DNA of 64,000 bases, taken from positions 79,293-143,292 of the forward strand of contig QPMI01000571.1 in assembly GCA_004431415.1 (NCBI GenBank), written 5' to 3'. Below are positions 1 to 12,300 of this stretch, piece by piece. The notes below the pieces were generated by a model that ran no database searches, was not told where the DNA came from, and saw nothing but the letters and a program-made list of their open reading frames with translations. The translations under genes were made by a program, and so were the position numbers. The number at the start of each line of letters is the position of its first letter. Position 1 is the first letter of the stretch. Origin of the DNA: Cyanophora paradoxa CCMP329. Taxonomy: Eukaryota > Plantae > Glaucophyta.

Positions 1-672
1 GCCATACCCCCCTCGAATTGACAAATACTGATGACCATACCGTAGTACTGATCGATCATATACCGATCATAATCATCTTGAGTACGTCTCTCAAAAACAA
101 GTATAAGTGTATGCATGCGCAAGGCCTTGAGGTTGAAAATCGAAATCGTTTAAAAATCTCGCCGAATCCTCGGCCGTTATTTTTCCCAAGTTAAGGCTAG
201 TAGGAGGCTAGGATCCGGAGCCGTTATTTTGGGTTTCAAGTGCTGCTACGCTGGTACCGCCGTACCGGTACGTATACCGTAGTACGGCCGCCGGCCGGCG
301 CCGCCGCCGGCCCGCCGGTCACTGGCAGAGTAATATCAGTGGCTCTCAGGAGTCAGAAGTCACCGGGAGTCAGCCTCAGTCAGGCAGTCCGGAGCGCGGC
401 AGCGCTGATAGTAGCCTGATACCAGTGATACCACACTGTAACCACAGTTACCGTCGATCATCAGCTGCGGCAGTGCATGCGCAGTCTGCTCCGACTCTGC
501 AGCAGAGCAGCGTACGTATACGCGTCCGCGGCCGACGGTCCTGCCTTTCTAGATCGGCGATTGCAAGTTGCACGTCTGCTAGCGCTGATCATGATCGGGT
601 CCCTGCGCATGCGGCAGATCTTGTTCGAATTCGTGAGCTTCAGGCCTTCGATTCAGCCGCTGAGCGCGAACC

Positions 673-1579
673 ATGGCTTGTGTCGCCCCCACTCATGCCG
701 AATTTCTGGCCGAGGAGATGGAGTACATCAGCTCCATTCCGATCACGGACGCGCGATCGGAGCGCCGGGTGAAGTATCTCACGTCCACCGCTGCCGAGCA
801 CGCTTACGTGCGTAATTTACTAATTATAACGTATACTTTACATACACGTACGCGCATGCGTCCATCACCGTTTTATAATTACCTAGTTCAGATTGTGCGA
901 TATAAGATTACAGCCCGCGCCGCACTAATTATAACCATGGCCATGCGAGGACTCGGCAGGACGCCTGCGTCAACAGCGATGCCATGGTGCAGTACAAGCT
1001 CTGCGTCTGCGGACCTCATGATCAGCCTGCGGTCGATTTGACCCCGTATCACAACGCCATCAGCGAGTGGTGCGCCCTGAGTGACGCTTAATTTAATTTG
1101 ATCATGATCATGACGCCGCGAATTGATCATCGCAATCGCAATCCGATGATCGGTCCCGGGCGATGATGGAACAGCGTGGCGACGAACCTGTTCAGCCCGC
1201 AGTTCTCCGACCGCGAGGCAGTGTACTCGTTCTGCACGGAGCAGGCGGCCGCCCTGCTGCCGGGCCCCACCGCGTGGGACGCCTGCGTCGCCGCCGTCGA
1301 CGCCGAGGGCAAGTGCGAGTACGAGGGCCGCGTGGCGGAGGCGGACTTGTACGCGGCGGCGGAGCTCGAGGAGGACTTCCTCGCGATCGCCGTGCGCCAC
1401 TTCGAATTTAATTCTCAAGCCAACGACCCCGCAGCCAGTGCTCATGATCATGATCACGCGCGTGCTCATATATTTCTCCCTCGCAGGAGGAGGACCTCGA
1501 AGCCGACTACGACGGCGAGGAGCTCGCGGCTATCGCCGATGAGCTTGCATTTGCCGCCGTCGAGCTCGTCGCCTACTGA
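673..1579 (+). CDS. Small spliced hypothetical protein, Cys-containing, with a very acidic C-terminal tail
   Basis: Exons join in frame across GT-AG introns: ...DACVNSDAMVQYKLCVCGPHDQPAVDLTPYHNAISE|CVATNLFSPQFSDREAVYSFCTEQ...EEDFLAIA|EEDLEADYDGEELAAIADELAFAAVELVAY* (TGA 1577-1579). The 5' end is uncertain. Confidence 0.5.
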
Positions 1580-2100
1580 TCATAAGCCGATGCCATGATG
1601 ATCATGATCAAGTCTCTGAGAGCTCAGCGGCTCAGCGGATCAAGAGCTTAACGCCGACTTGCTTGCAATTGTACAATTTTAATTTGTGTGCTTAAGCTTG
1701 CAATTGGAACTTCGGAAAATCAAGCCACGATGATCACGCATATGATCATGACCGTCGGACTTACAACTGCAAACTGCAGCTGCAAATTGAACTATGCAGG
1801 CTTGCAATTGAGATTGAGATATAGATTTATAGATTTCGAGGGGCGCTGGGGGAGCTTGAAATATTCATTTAATAAACCCTCTCCGAATCCTACGGGCTCG
1901 TGCCGAATGCTGGGATCCGGAGCACGTTCCACAGTCACTGAGTCAAATCACGAACAACTTCGAATTTTCTGAGTACGGTCGACGACGTCCCGCCCCTCTA
2001 CTAAATCCAGGCTTCGTAATTCGAATAAACAAAGCAAGTGACAGTAGAGGCTGAACCCAACTGAGCTAAATTCAGGCTGCGGCGCGGAGGCGGCGGGAGT

Positions 2101-2900
2101 CTAGGCTGCGGGGCGGAGGAAGCTTAAGCTGGAGTAGCTATAGAGTAGGACGCCGACCTCGCCCTCGACCCGGAGGCGGCCCAGGAGGGGCGCCAGGGCC
2201 CCGTACGGCCGCATCAGGCCGTCGAGCGGGGCGTGCCGGGGGTTCAGCACGATGGCGCAGGGCGGCGGGAGGGCGACCAGGGCGGCCGAGAGGGCGGCCG
2301 AGGGCGGGTGCGAGGCCGCCAGGGCGATCGTCTTCAGAGAGGGTCGCCCTGCGGCGACCAGGCCGGCCAGCGGCGCGTCGTCTTGCTCCCAAAAGTCTGC
2401 GGCGGTTCGTTCGGTCTCGTAAGCTCCTCGGCCCGGGTGGGGGTACGCGGAGAAAGTAGGGGTACCGAGGTCGAGCTGGGCATCGGAGAGGGCGTGCAGG
2501 GCGCCGAGCGCGTCGGCCAGGCCCCAGGCGACTTCGGACGTCGTACCCCACAGCTGCGAATTCGAATTCGAAGCGGGGCTAAGCCTTAAGCTTCCTCTGG
2601 ACGGGCGCGGGAGGGGGGTACATGTAAAGAGCACCCGGAGGTGCAGCGAGAGAAGCGCGGGGGCAGCGGCCGAGCGCTGCGACCTCGTCCCGCGTGGTCC
2701 CCGCCGCCAGCTGCGGGGGGTACAGTGGAGGGGGTCGGCGGGATTGGAGGGGGTACGTGCAGCCGAGAGCGGACGGGGCGCTGGCGGAGGCGCTGGGGGC
2801 GGGGGGCGACGTGGCCGTGGGGTACGACTTCGCGGACGAGCCGGCCCTTAAAGCTTGCCGACCGCCACGCCGCCCCGCTCCTCTAGACGCGGCTCTGCGG
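2101..2900 (-). CDS. Hypothetical protein (spliced, 5' end unresolved)
   Basis: Protein-like segments WGTTSEVAWGLADALGALHALSDAQL and AYETERTAADFWEQDDAPLAGLVAAGRPSLKTIAL...VGVLLYSYSSL end at a stop at 2101. No family recognised. Confidence 0.35.
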
Positions 2901-3103
2901 CGGCTGGCGCTGGGTCGCCGCGCATGCGGCGCCGCGACGCTCGCGATCGCGGTTTCGAACCGGATATCGATGTACCTTACACTAATCTTTTTTGTTAAGC
3001 ATAATATAACAATCTTTTTACACCTCTTTTTACTGGAATACATGCGCATGTCTACTCTGAGGGCCTAATTCTCCGAACTGCCCAGCGTTAAGGCCTCTGA
3101 ACT

Positions 3104-5082
3104 TCACATGCCCAGGGCGTCGAGGCCGGCCTTGGCGGCGACGACGGCCTGCAGCTCCCCGCGCCCCCCGAACCGCGCCTGAACGATCTGCGGAGGCGCT
3201 GGGCTCAGAAAACCGGGTGTGTTTCGATTCTGAAGCTTAGAGCTCTGACCGTCGCGGAGGACCCCTCGAGGGCGGGTACCACGAGCGTCATCGCGAAGGG
3301 GTCCCCCCGCCCCTCCTCTGCCCCCGGCCCGGGTACGTTAGCCTTGATGGACAGCCTCGGATCCGGAAGGGGACGGACGGACCCTGGTCCGGGTTGCGGG
3401 GCGAGATCGCCGTGGGTGCGTACAGGCGGACGCCGCCGGGTAGGCAGTACTCCGTGTGCGGCCGGCCGGTGTAAGCCGCGTAGTCCTGTACCCCGCTCAT
3501 GATCAGCTCAGAGCTCGAAATGTAAACAAGGGGGGGGGGAGGGGGGAAGAACCTGGAGGAAGACGTCGGCGGTGGTTGTGGAGAACCGCAACTTCGCCGT
3601 ACCCATCTCCGCGTTGCGAATCTGCGTGCACATGCCCCGACCGGTACCGGTTATGGAATGTGTTGATCAGAGGGGGGGCGGGGGACGGACCTCGGCGGAG
3701 GCGGGCCAGACGAATCTAGAAGAGAAGGTGTCAAGCTTAGGAGAAGAGCGAGGAAGGCGTAGGGGTTTCTGGTACCCGTGGCTGGCGCCGCCCGGAGCGA
3801 TGAATGCCGGAGGCTCCTCGGAGGGGGTAGGGGCCGCTCCGGGGAAGACGGGGGATGGCCAGGCGTCTGCGTCCTGCGGGGGTACGGGTTCGAAGGGCGA
3901 TCGCGAGACGAACGCGGCGGGGTACATGCACAGCTACCTCGCGGACGAAGGAAACCCTTTCGAGGGCGCCGCTCGAGTCATATGAGACGACTCCGCCGAC
4001 GCGGACGCGCCTTCCGGAGGCCGTCTCCTGCGCGCGGGTTCGAATCCGGGCGGGAACAGGAACGAGGGGTTCGGATCCGGGTTCAAAAGTAAGCACGCGG
4101 ACCGTCGCGAGGAGCAGCTCGGCCCCGGAGAAGGGGTGGGACACCCAGGCGCCGGCGCCCGACGGGAGGAAGAGGGGGGTACGGCGGTGAGGGAGGGGAA
4201 ATGGGGCGGGCGGGTCACGGCCCTCGTCATGTGCCGTGCCCCCCGGCATATCGACGATATGGGCCCTGCCGCACGATCAGAAGGAAGATGTTCCAGTACG
4301 AATTCGAAAGAAGAGTGCTCGCCACTGCGCCGACTTCCACCCGCCTTCGGAGAAGCTGCGGCGGCGATCATTCAAAACATGCATATGGGTTCGCTTGCAC
4401 AGAATCCAAACTCGGGTTCCATACCGGCGCCGCTCAAAGTGGCTCGCGAAGAAGGTGGAGTAAGGGCTCAGGGCGGTGTCCGGGGGGCCTGCAAGCGCAG
4501 CTCGATCAAATTTGGACATACATGAGAGGGGCAGCGAAGACGCGCCCTGAAGGACGATCTCCCGCGTGAGATCGAATGTTTTGGCGACCTCGCCCGACTC
4601 TGGACGGTACCGCACCGAGCGACCGTGCCATACTAACACTCGGTCAGTTTCAAATCGTTAGCGCGAGCGAGCAGCACGCTTAGCGGACCTCCGGAGTGAT
4701 GGCGGCCGATGTTGTCCAGGTTCTTGACCTCTCCCGGCAGCGCGTTGACGTCCAGCCCGTACGCGCGAGCGTCCACGACCGCAGGCGCCGGCGCCTTCCA
4801 TTGCGAGCCGCCGCGGAGCCCGTAGGGCGGCCGGGGGCCCCGGAGGGAACGGGGACAAGTGAACGAGAGGAAACCACTGCAACGCGCTCCGGCGAGCGCC
4901 GCCGCTTGACCGGAGAAAGCGCGCTTCGGGCTCGCGCGACCGCGGCCGCGTGCCGCGATCCAGTCTCCGGCGGCGGCCGAGGGCGGCGCGAGCACGCAAA
5001 CACGCGGCTTTGATCCGTGACTACGTGAAGGCGGCGGACGCGGCTGCGCGGGCAAGGCGGGTGCTGTGGCGAACGCGGCCAT
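3104..5082 (-). CDS. Plastid-targeted DUF3598-like (cyanobacterial-type beta-barrel) protein, multi-exon
   Basis: N-terminus MAAFATAPALPAQPRPP is a Ser/Ala/Arg-rich transit peptide with Phe4. Recognised DUF3598-like motifs: NLDNIGRHHSG|VWHGRSVRYRPESGEV, LFLPSGAGAW, RRVRVGGVVSYDSSGALERVSFVRE, YCLPGGVRLYAP. Last exon IVQARFGGRGELQAVVAAKAGLDALGM* (stop 3104-3106). Family call from motif memory, no search run. Confidence 0.65.
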
Positions 5083-5116
5083 GTTGTCTCTTCAGGCGAA
5101 AGGTAAGTTTGATGCG

Positions 5117-5220
5117 TGCTGACGCAAGGCGCTAGGGCGCTGTGCTGACGCTGGCTACAGCTGACGCTGGCTATAGCTGACGCTGGGCAAGTGCGATCGC
5201 TGGAGAGTGCTGACGCTGGT
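5117..5220. repeat. Cluster of GCTGACGC(TGG) motifs upstream of the DUF3598-like gene
   Basis: Five copies of gctgacgc, three of them tandem with a ~16-17 bp period (gctgacgctggcta). Confidence 0.6.
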
Positions 5221-5435
5221 GGCTGCGGGCCTGCGACACCTCTGCGGCGATCTTGTCTTCAAAATTCGAGCCGGGTACGAGTTGCTTCGAAAATGATTCG
5301 GCAATAGCTTCGAACTTGCACTATTAGTGATCATAACAGATGACAGATGCGATCTAATGCATTCAGTTCAATTCGATCTCGTGCAGCGAACTAAAGCGGC
5401 AGTAGAGCCTCGCATTCGAGAATTCGAAGTTATAG

Positions 5436-8400
5436 CTACGCCCGGTCCTCGGCAGCCCCGCCCACCCCCTCGGGCCGGGATTCCGCCGCGGCAAGCGGCG
5501 GCGCGGCGGCCGGCGCGAGCGCCTGCTGGGACGCCTGGGATGGGGCCGCCTCGTCGGCCGCGGGGGGCGTCGGCGGGGGCGTGCGCTCCGCCGGGGTGGG
5601 CACTGCCACCGGGGGCGTCGGGGGAGGGGAGGCCACCACCGGCGCGGGCTGCGGCTGCGGCCGGGGCGAGGTGGGGGACTCTGGCGGGGCGATCGGGGCA
5701 GGGGCGGGGGCCCCGCGGCAGCCTGGGCGGGGGCTGGGGGCCAGACGGGTGCGGGGCCAGGGCCTGCGCCGGGCGCGGGGGCGTCTGGGGCGGAGGAAGG
5801 GGCCCGGGCTGATGCGGGGCCCGCCGGGGCCCGGGGGCGGCGGGAGGGCGGGTACGGGGAGACGGAGTGGCCGGCCGCGAAGGGCGGGGGAGGGGGATGG
5901 AGGGGACGCGGGAGGCGGTGGTGTGGGGGGCCCGGGGGGAGACGGGCGGGGCGAAGGGAACGGGGGCGGGGGAGGTGGAGGGGGAGGAGTCGTGGGGCGG
6001 GGTGGCGGAGACGCGCGGGTACCGGTATCGGTGGCGGGGGGCTCTGCAGGGGCGAGTTGGGCCCGGCGGAGGCGCGGGCGGCGCGGCGGGCGGCCGACTC
6101 CGGCAGGACGGCGCGGCGGACGCGCAGCGTGGCCGCCGCAGCGACGACGTTCTTCGAGGGCGAGCCGGGCGGCCCGCCGCCGCCCTCCTCGGCGCCGGCG
6201 CCGGCGGCGGTGCCCAGGCTCGCGCTGGCGCCGCCCGTCGAGACGCGGACGACGCCGGAGGGGCCGGCGGGGCGGCGGGAGGGGACGGCGCCGGCCAGGG
6301 AGGATATGGAGGTGAGGGAGGCGCTGGCGACGAGGCCCGAGCTCCGCGAGAGGGTCACGGAGAAGGTCGGGCGGAGCGGCCGCGCCGCCGGCGCCGCCGA
6401 GCGCCCCGGGCCCGGCGGGGCCCGCGGCGCCGCCGCCGTTGTCGCCGCCGCCGCGGGAGGGGCGGAGGGAGACGGGCCCGAACCCGAGGCCGGGGCCGAG
6501 GCCGGCGGGCGCTGCGGGAGGCGACCGGCGGGGATGTGCCCGGGCCGGGGCGCCGGGGCGGCGGCGGCGAAGGGCGCGAGCAGCGGGCTGCGGGTGCCCA
6601 GCAGGGACTCCAGGCCCCGCCCGACGGCCGGCATGACGCTGCCGAGCACGCCCGTCGCGAGGCTCTGCAGGACGGAGCCGGCGGTGGCGGCCTCGACGGC
6701 GCGGCGGGCGGCCGAGGGCGGGATGGCCTCGGCTCCGGGCGGCGCGTTCTCGTCCTCCTCGCCCTCCTCCGGCAGCTCGGCCGCCTCCTCCAGGCTGTAC
6801 TCCATCATCTCCTCCAGCGAGCCAGGCGCCCGCCCCAGCGCGCCCTCTGAAACAAAGAAGACTGAGACGGAGAGAGAGGAAGAGATGGCGCGGCCGGGGA
6901 AGGGGGCACCGATGCAGCGGCGGGTGAGGGCGAGGACGCGCGGAAAGTCTAGGTACGTCGCCCCCGTCCGCACCTGCCGCCGCGAGGCTGAGCTGAGCCA
7001 GGCGCGCACACACAACTGAGGGCGGGGCGCACCCAGATGCGGTCGAGGACCTGGAAGGCCAGGCAGTAGAGCTCCTCGAAGGCGGAGGGCTGGGGCGGGG
7101 GCCGTGAGCCGAAGCCAAGGCGGAAGAGGAGAAGGTCGCCTGTCACCTGGTCGTAGAGGTGGCAGAAGAACTTGAAGAGGGGCGTCTCCCACGTCGGCAG
7201 GTCCGCCCCGCCGCCGCCGCCGCCGCCCTGCTGCCCCTGCTGCCCCTGCTGGGCGCCGGGCTTCTCCCCGTTGCCGTTGTTGCCCGCTGGGGGCGCCGGC
7301 GCCGGCGAGGCCGCGTGCGGCTGGACCCCGTCGCCCTTGCCGTGCTTCTGGGGCGCTGCGGGCCCGTCGGGGTCAGCGTCGAACGAACCGCACGCGGGCG
7401 GGCGGGCGGGCGGGCGGGCGGGCTCGCCCGAGTCGAGGTGGAGGATCGACGTGAGCATGCGCGTGATGTTGATCCCGGCCGCCGCGAAGGGGTACCCCCG
7501 CTCCGGCTCCGCCGTCAGGACCTCCCGGACGACGGCGGGGTACCTGGAACCGAACCCGTCAGCGAAGCGGAGCAATCAATCGGGGGCAGCTGTCCGAAGC
7601 GCGTACCCCTCCACGAAGTAGACGAGGTTGTGGAGGCCGAGGAGCCCCATACCCCGGAAGTCGGTCGCGGGGTCCATCCCCTGGAAGCCGAGCTTGGACC
7701 ACTGGGCCGAGCGCCGGGCCGTGAGGGCCACCCCGGGGAACGCCGTGCGCCTAATCGGTGAAGTCAGAGGGGCCGCAGAAGGAAGGCTAAGAGGCACCGA
7801 GGAAAGCAAGAAAAGCTCACCAGAGGCGCATTAGGAGGGCCTCATGGTCGGGCCGCTCGGAGCTGTAGGGGACGCGCATGAGCAGCTGGGCCTCCCGCAG
7901 GCGCCGCGCCTGGAAGATCCGGCAGCGGTTGAAGCGCGCCATGTGCGCCCCCAGCAGCTCCATCACCTGTGCGGGGCGGGGCTCGCGAGGCCCGGGCCGG
8001 CGCGCAGCTCAGCGGGGCGCCGCGGACCTCGTGCGGGGCGGAGGTCAGGAACTGGATCTCGCGCCCGTCGCGCCACTCGATGCAGAGGCCCCCGACCTCG
8101 GCGCCCTCGTCCTCCGGAGGCGGCGGCGCCGACGCGGCCTGGGGCGGCGCCAGGTACGAGGGGGACGGGACCTGCAGGCCCAGGCTCGCGGCCGGGCGCG
8201 GGAGCGCCTCCGGCCGGATGCGCTTCACGTCGTCCTGCGCGGGCGCGGGCTCGGACCGGCGGCGGAAGCGGCGGGCGGGGGCAACGGGGAAACGGACGAT
8301 GTAGTGGAGGGACTTGGTGAGGCGGCCGTGCGCGATGAGGAGCTCGTTCTCGACCGGCGGCTCGCCGTAGTGGCCCGCGATGTCCGAGTCGGATAGAACG

Positions 8401-8545
8401 CGCGGCAGCAGCGTCGAGGCGAGCGCCCGCACTTTGCCCTGCAGGTCCTCCCGCGCCTTCTGCAGCGCCCCGACCTTGTACAGCACGATCTGCGAGTTCG
8501 GCGTGATCTCCAGGACCAGCGGCTGCGCGGGCACGCCTCAGCCGC

Positions 8546-8579
<34 letters not shown>

Positions 8580-9193
8580 GGCGGGGGCGCCTGGTAGGCG
8601 TGGAAGATCGCCCCGAGGCTGCTCCGGACGAGGATTTCGAACTCCTGTCCGCGGAGGCGGTGCTCGTACAGCTGCCGCGCGCGTAAGCGAACGGCAGCGC
8701 AAGCGGCAGCGCGTGGGCGCCGAACCTCCTTCTTGTACTGGCGGCGGAGGGCGAAGGGCAGCAGCTGTCAGCGGAGAGCCGCGAGCCGGCGCGGCCGCGG
8801 CGGGCAGGCGCGGTCACCTTAAGCACGTTCTCCTCGGTCGACAGGAACCACTGCGGGGCCGAGCGGAGCTACGTGTCAGGAATGCCACACGGCTGCCGCG
8901 GACGAGCCGACCTGCACATCGCCCGCATTCTCGCACACCGGGAGGTCCGCTTCGTCACCTAACGCATCCCCAGGGCGTGCGGGAAGGTTGAACTTGTCGT
9001 ACTGGCCGACGGTCTGGAGAGGACACACGTTGGATCGCGCCTCAAAATGAACGCAGGCGCGGCCGACCTGACGTTGCTGTGCAGATTGCTTTGCCCGCTC
9101 CTTCTCCGGTCGCGTGTCATCGCCGTACGTGGCGGTGTTGGCAGTCGGGGCGGGCGGTCGCGGAGGTGGCGTTGAAGCCGCCGCGGAGCTCAT
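5436..9193 (-). CDS. ELMO/CED-12 domain protein (ELMOD-like) with N-terminal extension and long Pro/Ala-rich C-terminal tail
   Basis: Signature motifs QWSKLGFQGMDPATDFRGMGLLGLHNLVYF (~7620-7710), GYPFAAAGINITRML (~7450-7500), AFEELYCLAFQVLDRIW and ATYLDFPRVL. Start MSSAAASTPPP at 9193. The tail switches frame in poly-C/G tracts (introns or homopolymer errors). Confidence 0.85.
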
Positions 9194-9396
9194 CGCTCGC
9201 CGCAGCCGCGGCAGCGCTCCTCAATGCCGGCCGACACGACCAGCGGCCGCCTCGGCGCGGATTCGCGGTCGATGCTGCTTTTTTTCACCAGCCGGGTACA
9301 CTGCCAAGATCAAAAGTTCCAAACTGCATGCGGGCACTCCGGATCCCGCTTTTTGTACGCGTTCAGGTTTGTTGGCACGCACGCGCGACTTCGATG

Positions 9397-12300
9397 CTAA
9401 GATATCGAGCACGCCTTCGAGCCCCCGGCCCCGCCCCCCGCCGCTGCCGCAGCCCGGAGCTCCTCGGCTCTCCTGCGCGCCCGCGCGAGCCGCTCCCGCC
9501 GCTCCGCAGCCGCCCGCTCCAGCGCGGGTATGTCAGAAGCCGCCGGAAGCTGCCCAGCGGCCGCTCCAGGGGCCGCGCGCTGCCCGGCGCCGGTTAGAGA
9601 AGTCGAGGGACGGGACACGCATACGCGGGGCCGCGCACCCCAGCTGATGCCGGGCGGGGCGCCGCCGCCGCCGCCGCCGAGGCCGCTGCCGATGCCGCCA
9701 GGCTCGGCAGGGACTGCACAAGTGCCTCCAAGTTCTGCGGGCGGAGTCAGAGCCGGCGCCGAAGGAGCGGGCACCGGTCGCCAAGCGGGCGGAGGCGCGG
9801 CGCGGGGCGGGCCGATAGGAGGGCCACGTTGCCCTTCGTGATGTAGACGTAGGGCTCCGCGTCCGGGAACAGGCCCTCCAGCACCTGTACGGGGGTACCG
9901 AGTTAGAGTTAGGGGGGTAGAGCGCCCGCTAGACCGGCCGGGGTACGCGCCTGCAGTTCCGAGACCACCACGGGCTTGAGCGGCCGCTTGTTCAGCTCCG
10001 CCAGCTGCCGCGCGGATCAGGAGGGTACCGCGAGGGGCGGAGGGTACGCGCGCCTGGAAGCGGTCCCGGAGAAGAGGGTCCGCGAGGGCGGCGGGGGAGA
10101 GGAGGGGTACGAACGCCGCGCACTGCCGCCGGCCGCGTCAGGCGGGGGGATGAAAGAAACTGGGGGGTATCCGTCCCGAACCTTGACGACGGCTTGTGTG
10201 CCCTCGTCGCCGCTGGCGGCGCCGCCGGCGGACTGCGGGCGCTGGGCGCCGCCGCCGGAGCACTCGAGCCAGCAGCGGCGGCCGCGGTGGGCCAGGCCCC
10301 GCACGAACTGGCCCGCGAAGGCCGCGTCCTGCCCCCGCGCTCCTTCAGAGAGGAGAAGCTTAAGGCGCGGGCTCGAGTGCTGCGGGGCGCGGACCGCGGC
10401 GTGGCACCAGACGAAGAGGAAGGGGGCGGGGTCCGCCAGGGCGCAGCGGGCCCCCGGCGAGGCGAGGAGCGCCGCCGCCGCCTGCGCGAGGGCCTCCTGC
10501 TGGCCCGCGGCGCTTGTCCCGCCGGCGCCGCCCGTGGCGAGGCGCTGGGCGAGGGTGAGGGCGAAGGGCGGCAGGCCCGACGCGAAGAGGGCGTCCCTGC
10601 AGGCGGCGGCGTCAGTTTCGGCGCCGGGGAGGGCGACCCGCGGTGCCTCTGGCGCCGGCGCCGGCTCCGGCGACGCACGTGGAGAGATCTCTGCAGAGCC
10701 GCGGGCGGGCGTCAGGAAGCAGCGGCGCGGGGCGGGGCGGGGCGGAGCGGGTCGGGCGAGGGAGGGCGAAAGGGCGCACGCAAACTGCTGCTTCATGAGC
10801 GCCCCCTTCGCGTGCGAGCGTTGTCAGGAGGTGTGTGCGTGTGTGCGGGGCGAAGGAAGCTTTTAAGGAAGGGGGAGGCGGACCTGCAGCTGGTCGTCGA
10901 GGGCGCACTTCTCGCGCCAGACGGGGTACACGGGCCTCCCCAGGCGCCGGGCGGCAGCCAGCTGCGCCCGGCACCGCGCCGAGGCCGCCCCCGCCGCGCT
11001 GCGCGGCCCCGCCGGCTCAGCGACCGCCGGGTACCCCCCTGAAGCTGAAGAGGGGTACCTGACGACGAAGATGAGGGCCTGGGCCTTGCGGAGGCCGGCC
11101 GCCTCCTGCGAAGCGAACGAAGTCGTCGGCGGCAGATGCGAACGAAGTGATCGGAGCGGAGGGGGCGCACGTCGGCCTCCGTGGCGTCGTCCAGCGCGCA
11201 CTGCGGGGCGAATCCTCAGAACGGGCAAGCGGGTCTATTTATAGAACGGAATTTGATCCGCACGGTGACGTGGGCGGCCTCGAGGCCCTGGAGGAGCCGC
11301 CGGGCGAACGAAGCGTCCTCGGGCGCGTGCCTGCGCGCGGAGGCTGGGGCTCGGGGGGTACACGAGAGAGACAGGGCGGGGTACGCACGAGAAGAAGGCG
11401 TCGCGGAGGCCGCCCGCCCGCTTCAGCGCGGCCTGCGGGGGGCACCGGGGCGTCACGGGGGTACGCTGGAAAGGCGTTAAGGGGTACGCCGGACCTGGAA
11501 GGTGACGTCGGGGTGGGCCTGGACCACCATCCTGCGGCGAGAACGTGAGAGGGGGGGGGGGGACGGCGGGGCTGGCGCGGGGTACAGCGCACTTGCGGTT
11601 CGGCCCCTGCCCGATCGTCCGGGCCGGGTCGGCGCCTGCGCGGGGCCCTCGGCGATGGCGAAGCCATCAAAAATGAGCTCAAAAAGGAGAGGCGTACCCC
11701 GCTGCATGAGGCGGACGCAGACGTCGAGCATGGCGGGGCCGTGCGAGACGGCGTTGAGGAGCGGCGTCCGCTCCTTCCCGTCCGCCGCGCTGCGCCGCGC
11801 GCTCAGGGGAGGCGGAGGGAGGGGCGGGGCGGGGCGGGGCGGGGCGGGGCCGCACTCGAGGGCGGAGGCGGGGGCGGCCTCTGCGAGGCGCAGCGCCGCG
11901 AGGCGGAATCCGTGCCTGCAGCGGCGCCTCAGGCTCGAAACGAACGCTCGCGCGGGCGAGCAGCGTCGGGCTCGCCGGCAGGCGGCGTGGAGCGCGGTCT
12001 CGCCCTCCTCGGGGGCCGCGCCCTGGGCCCCCTCGGGGTCCTCCTCGCCCCCGTCGTCCTCCTCCCCGCTCAGGCGCATGTTGCGGCCCCGGAACTTGCG
12101 CAGCTGAGCGCCGGCCTCAGTTTGAGGTGCGCATCCAAAGGGGTAAAGGTTCGGACCGCGAGGCGACCCTCGAGGGAGAGGACGCGGAGGGCGCCGTTGA
12201 CGAGGGCCCGCATGGCGCCGCCCCGCGGGCCCGAGGCCGCCCCCAGCGCCGGCGCGAAGTCCCCCGTCCAGAAGGTCCCCTCGCAGTGCAGCGCCAGGTC

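Noticed and set aside
2694-3068. Plus-strand gene (VQPRADGALAEALGAGGDVAVGYDFADE)
   Set aside because: No convincing start or splice context, and it overlaps the weak minus-strand candidate. Strand cannot be resolved without RNA data.
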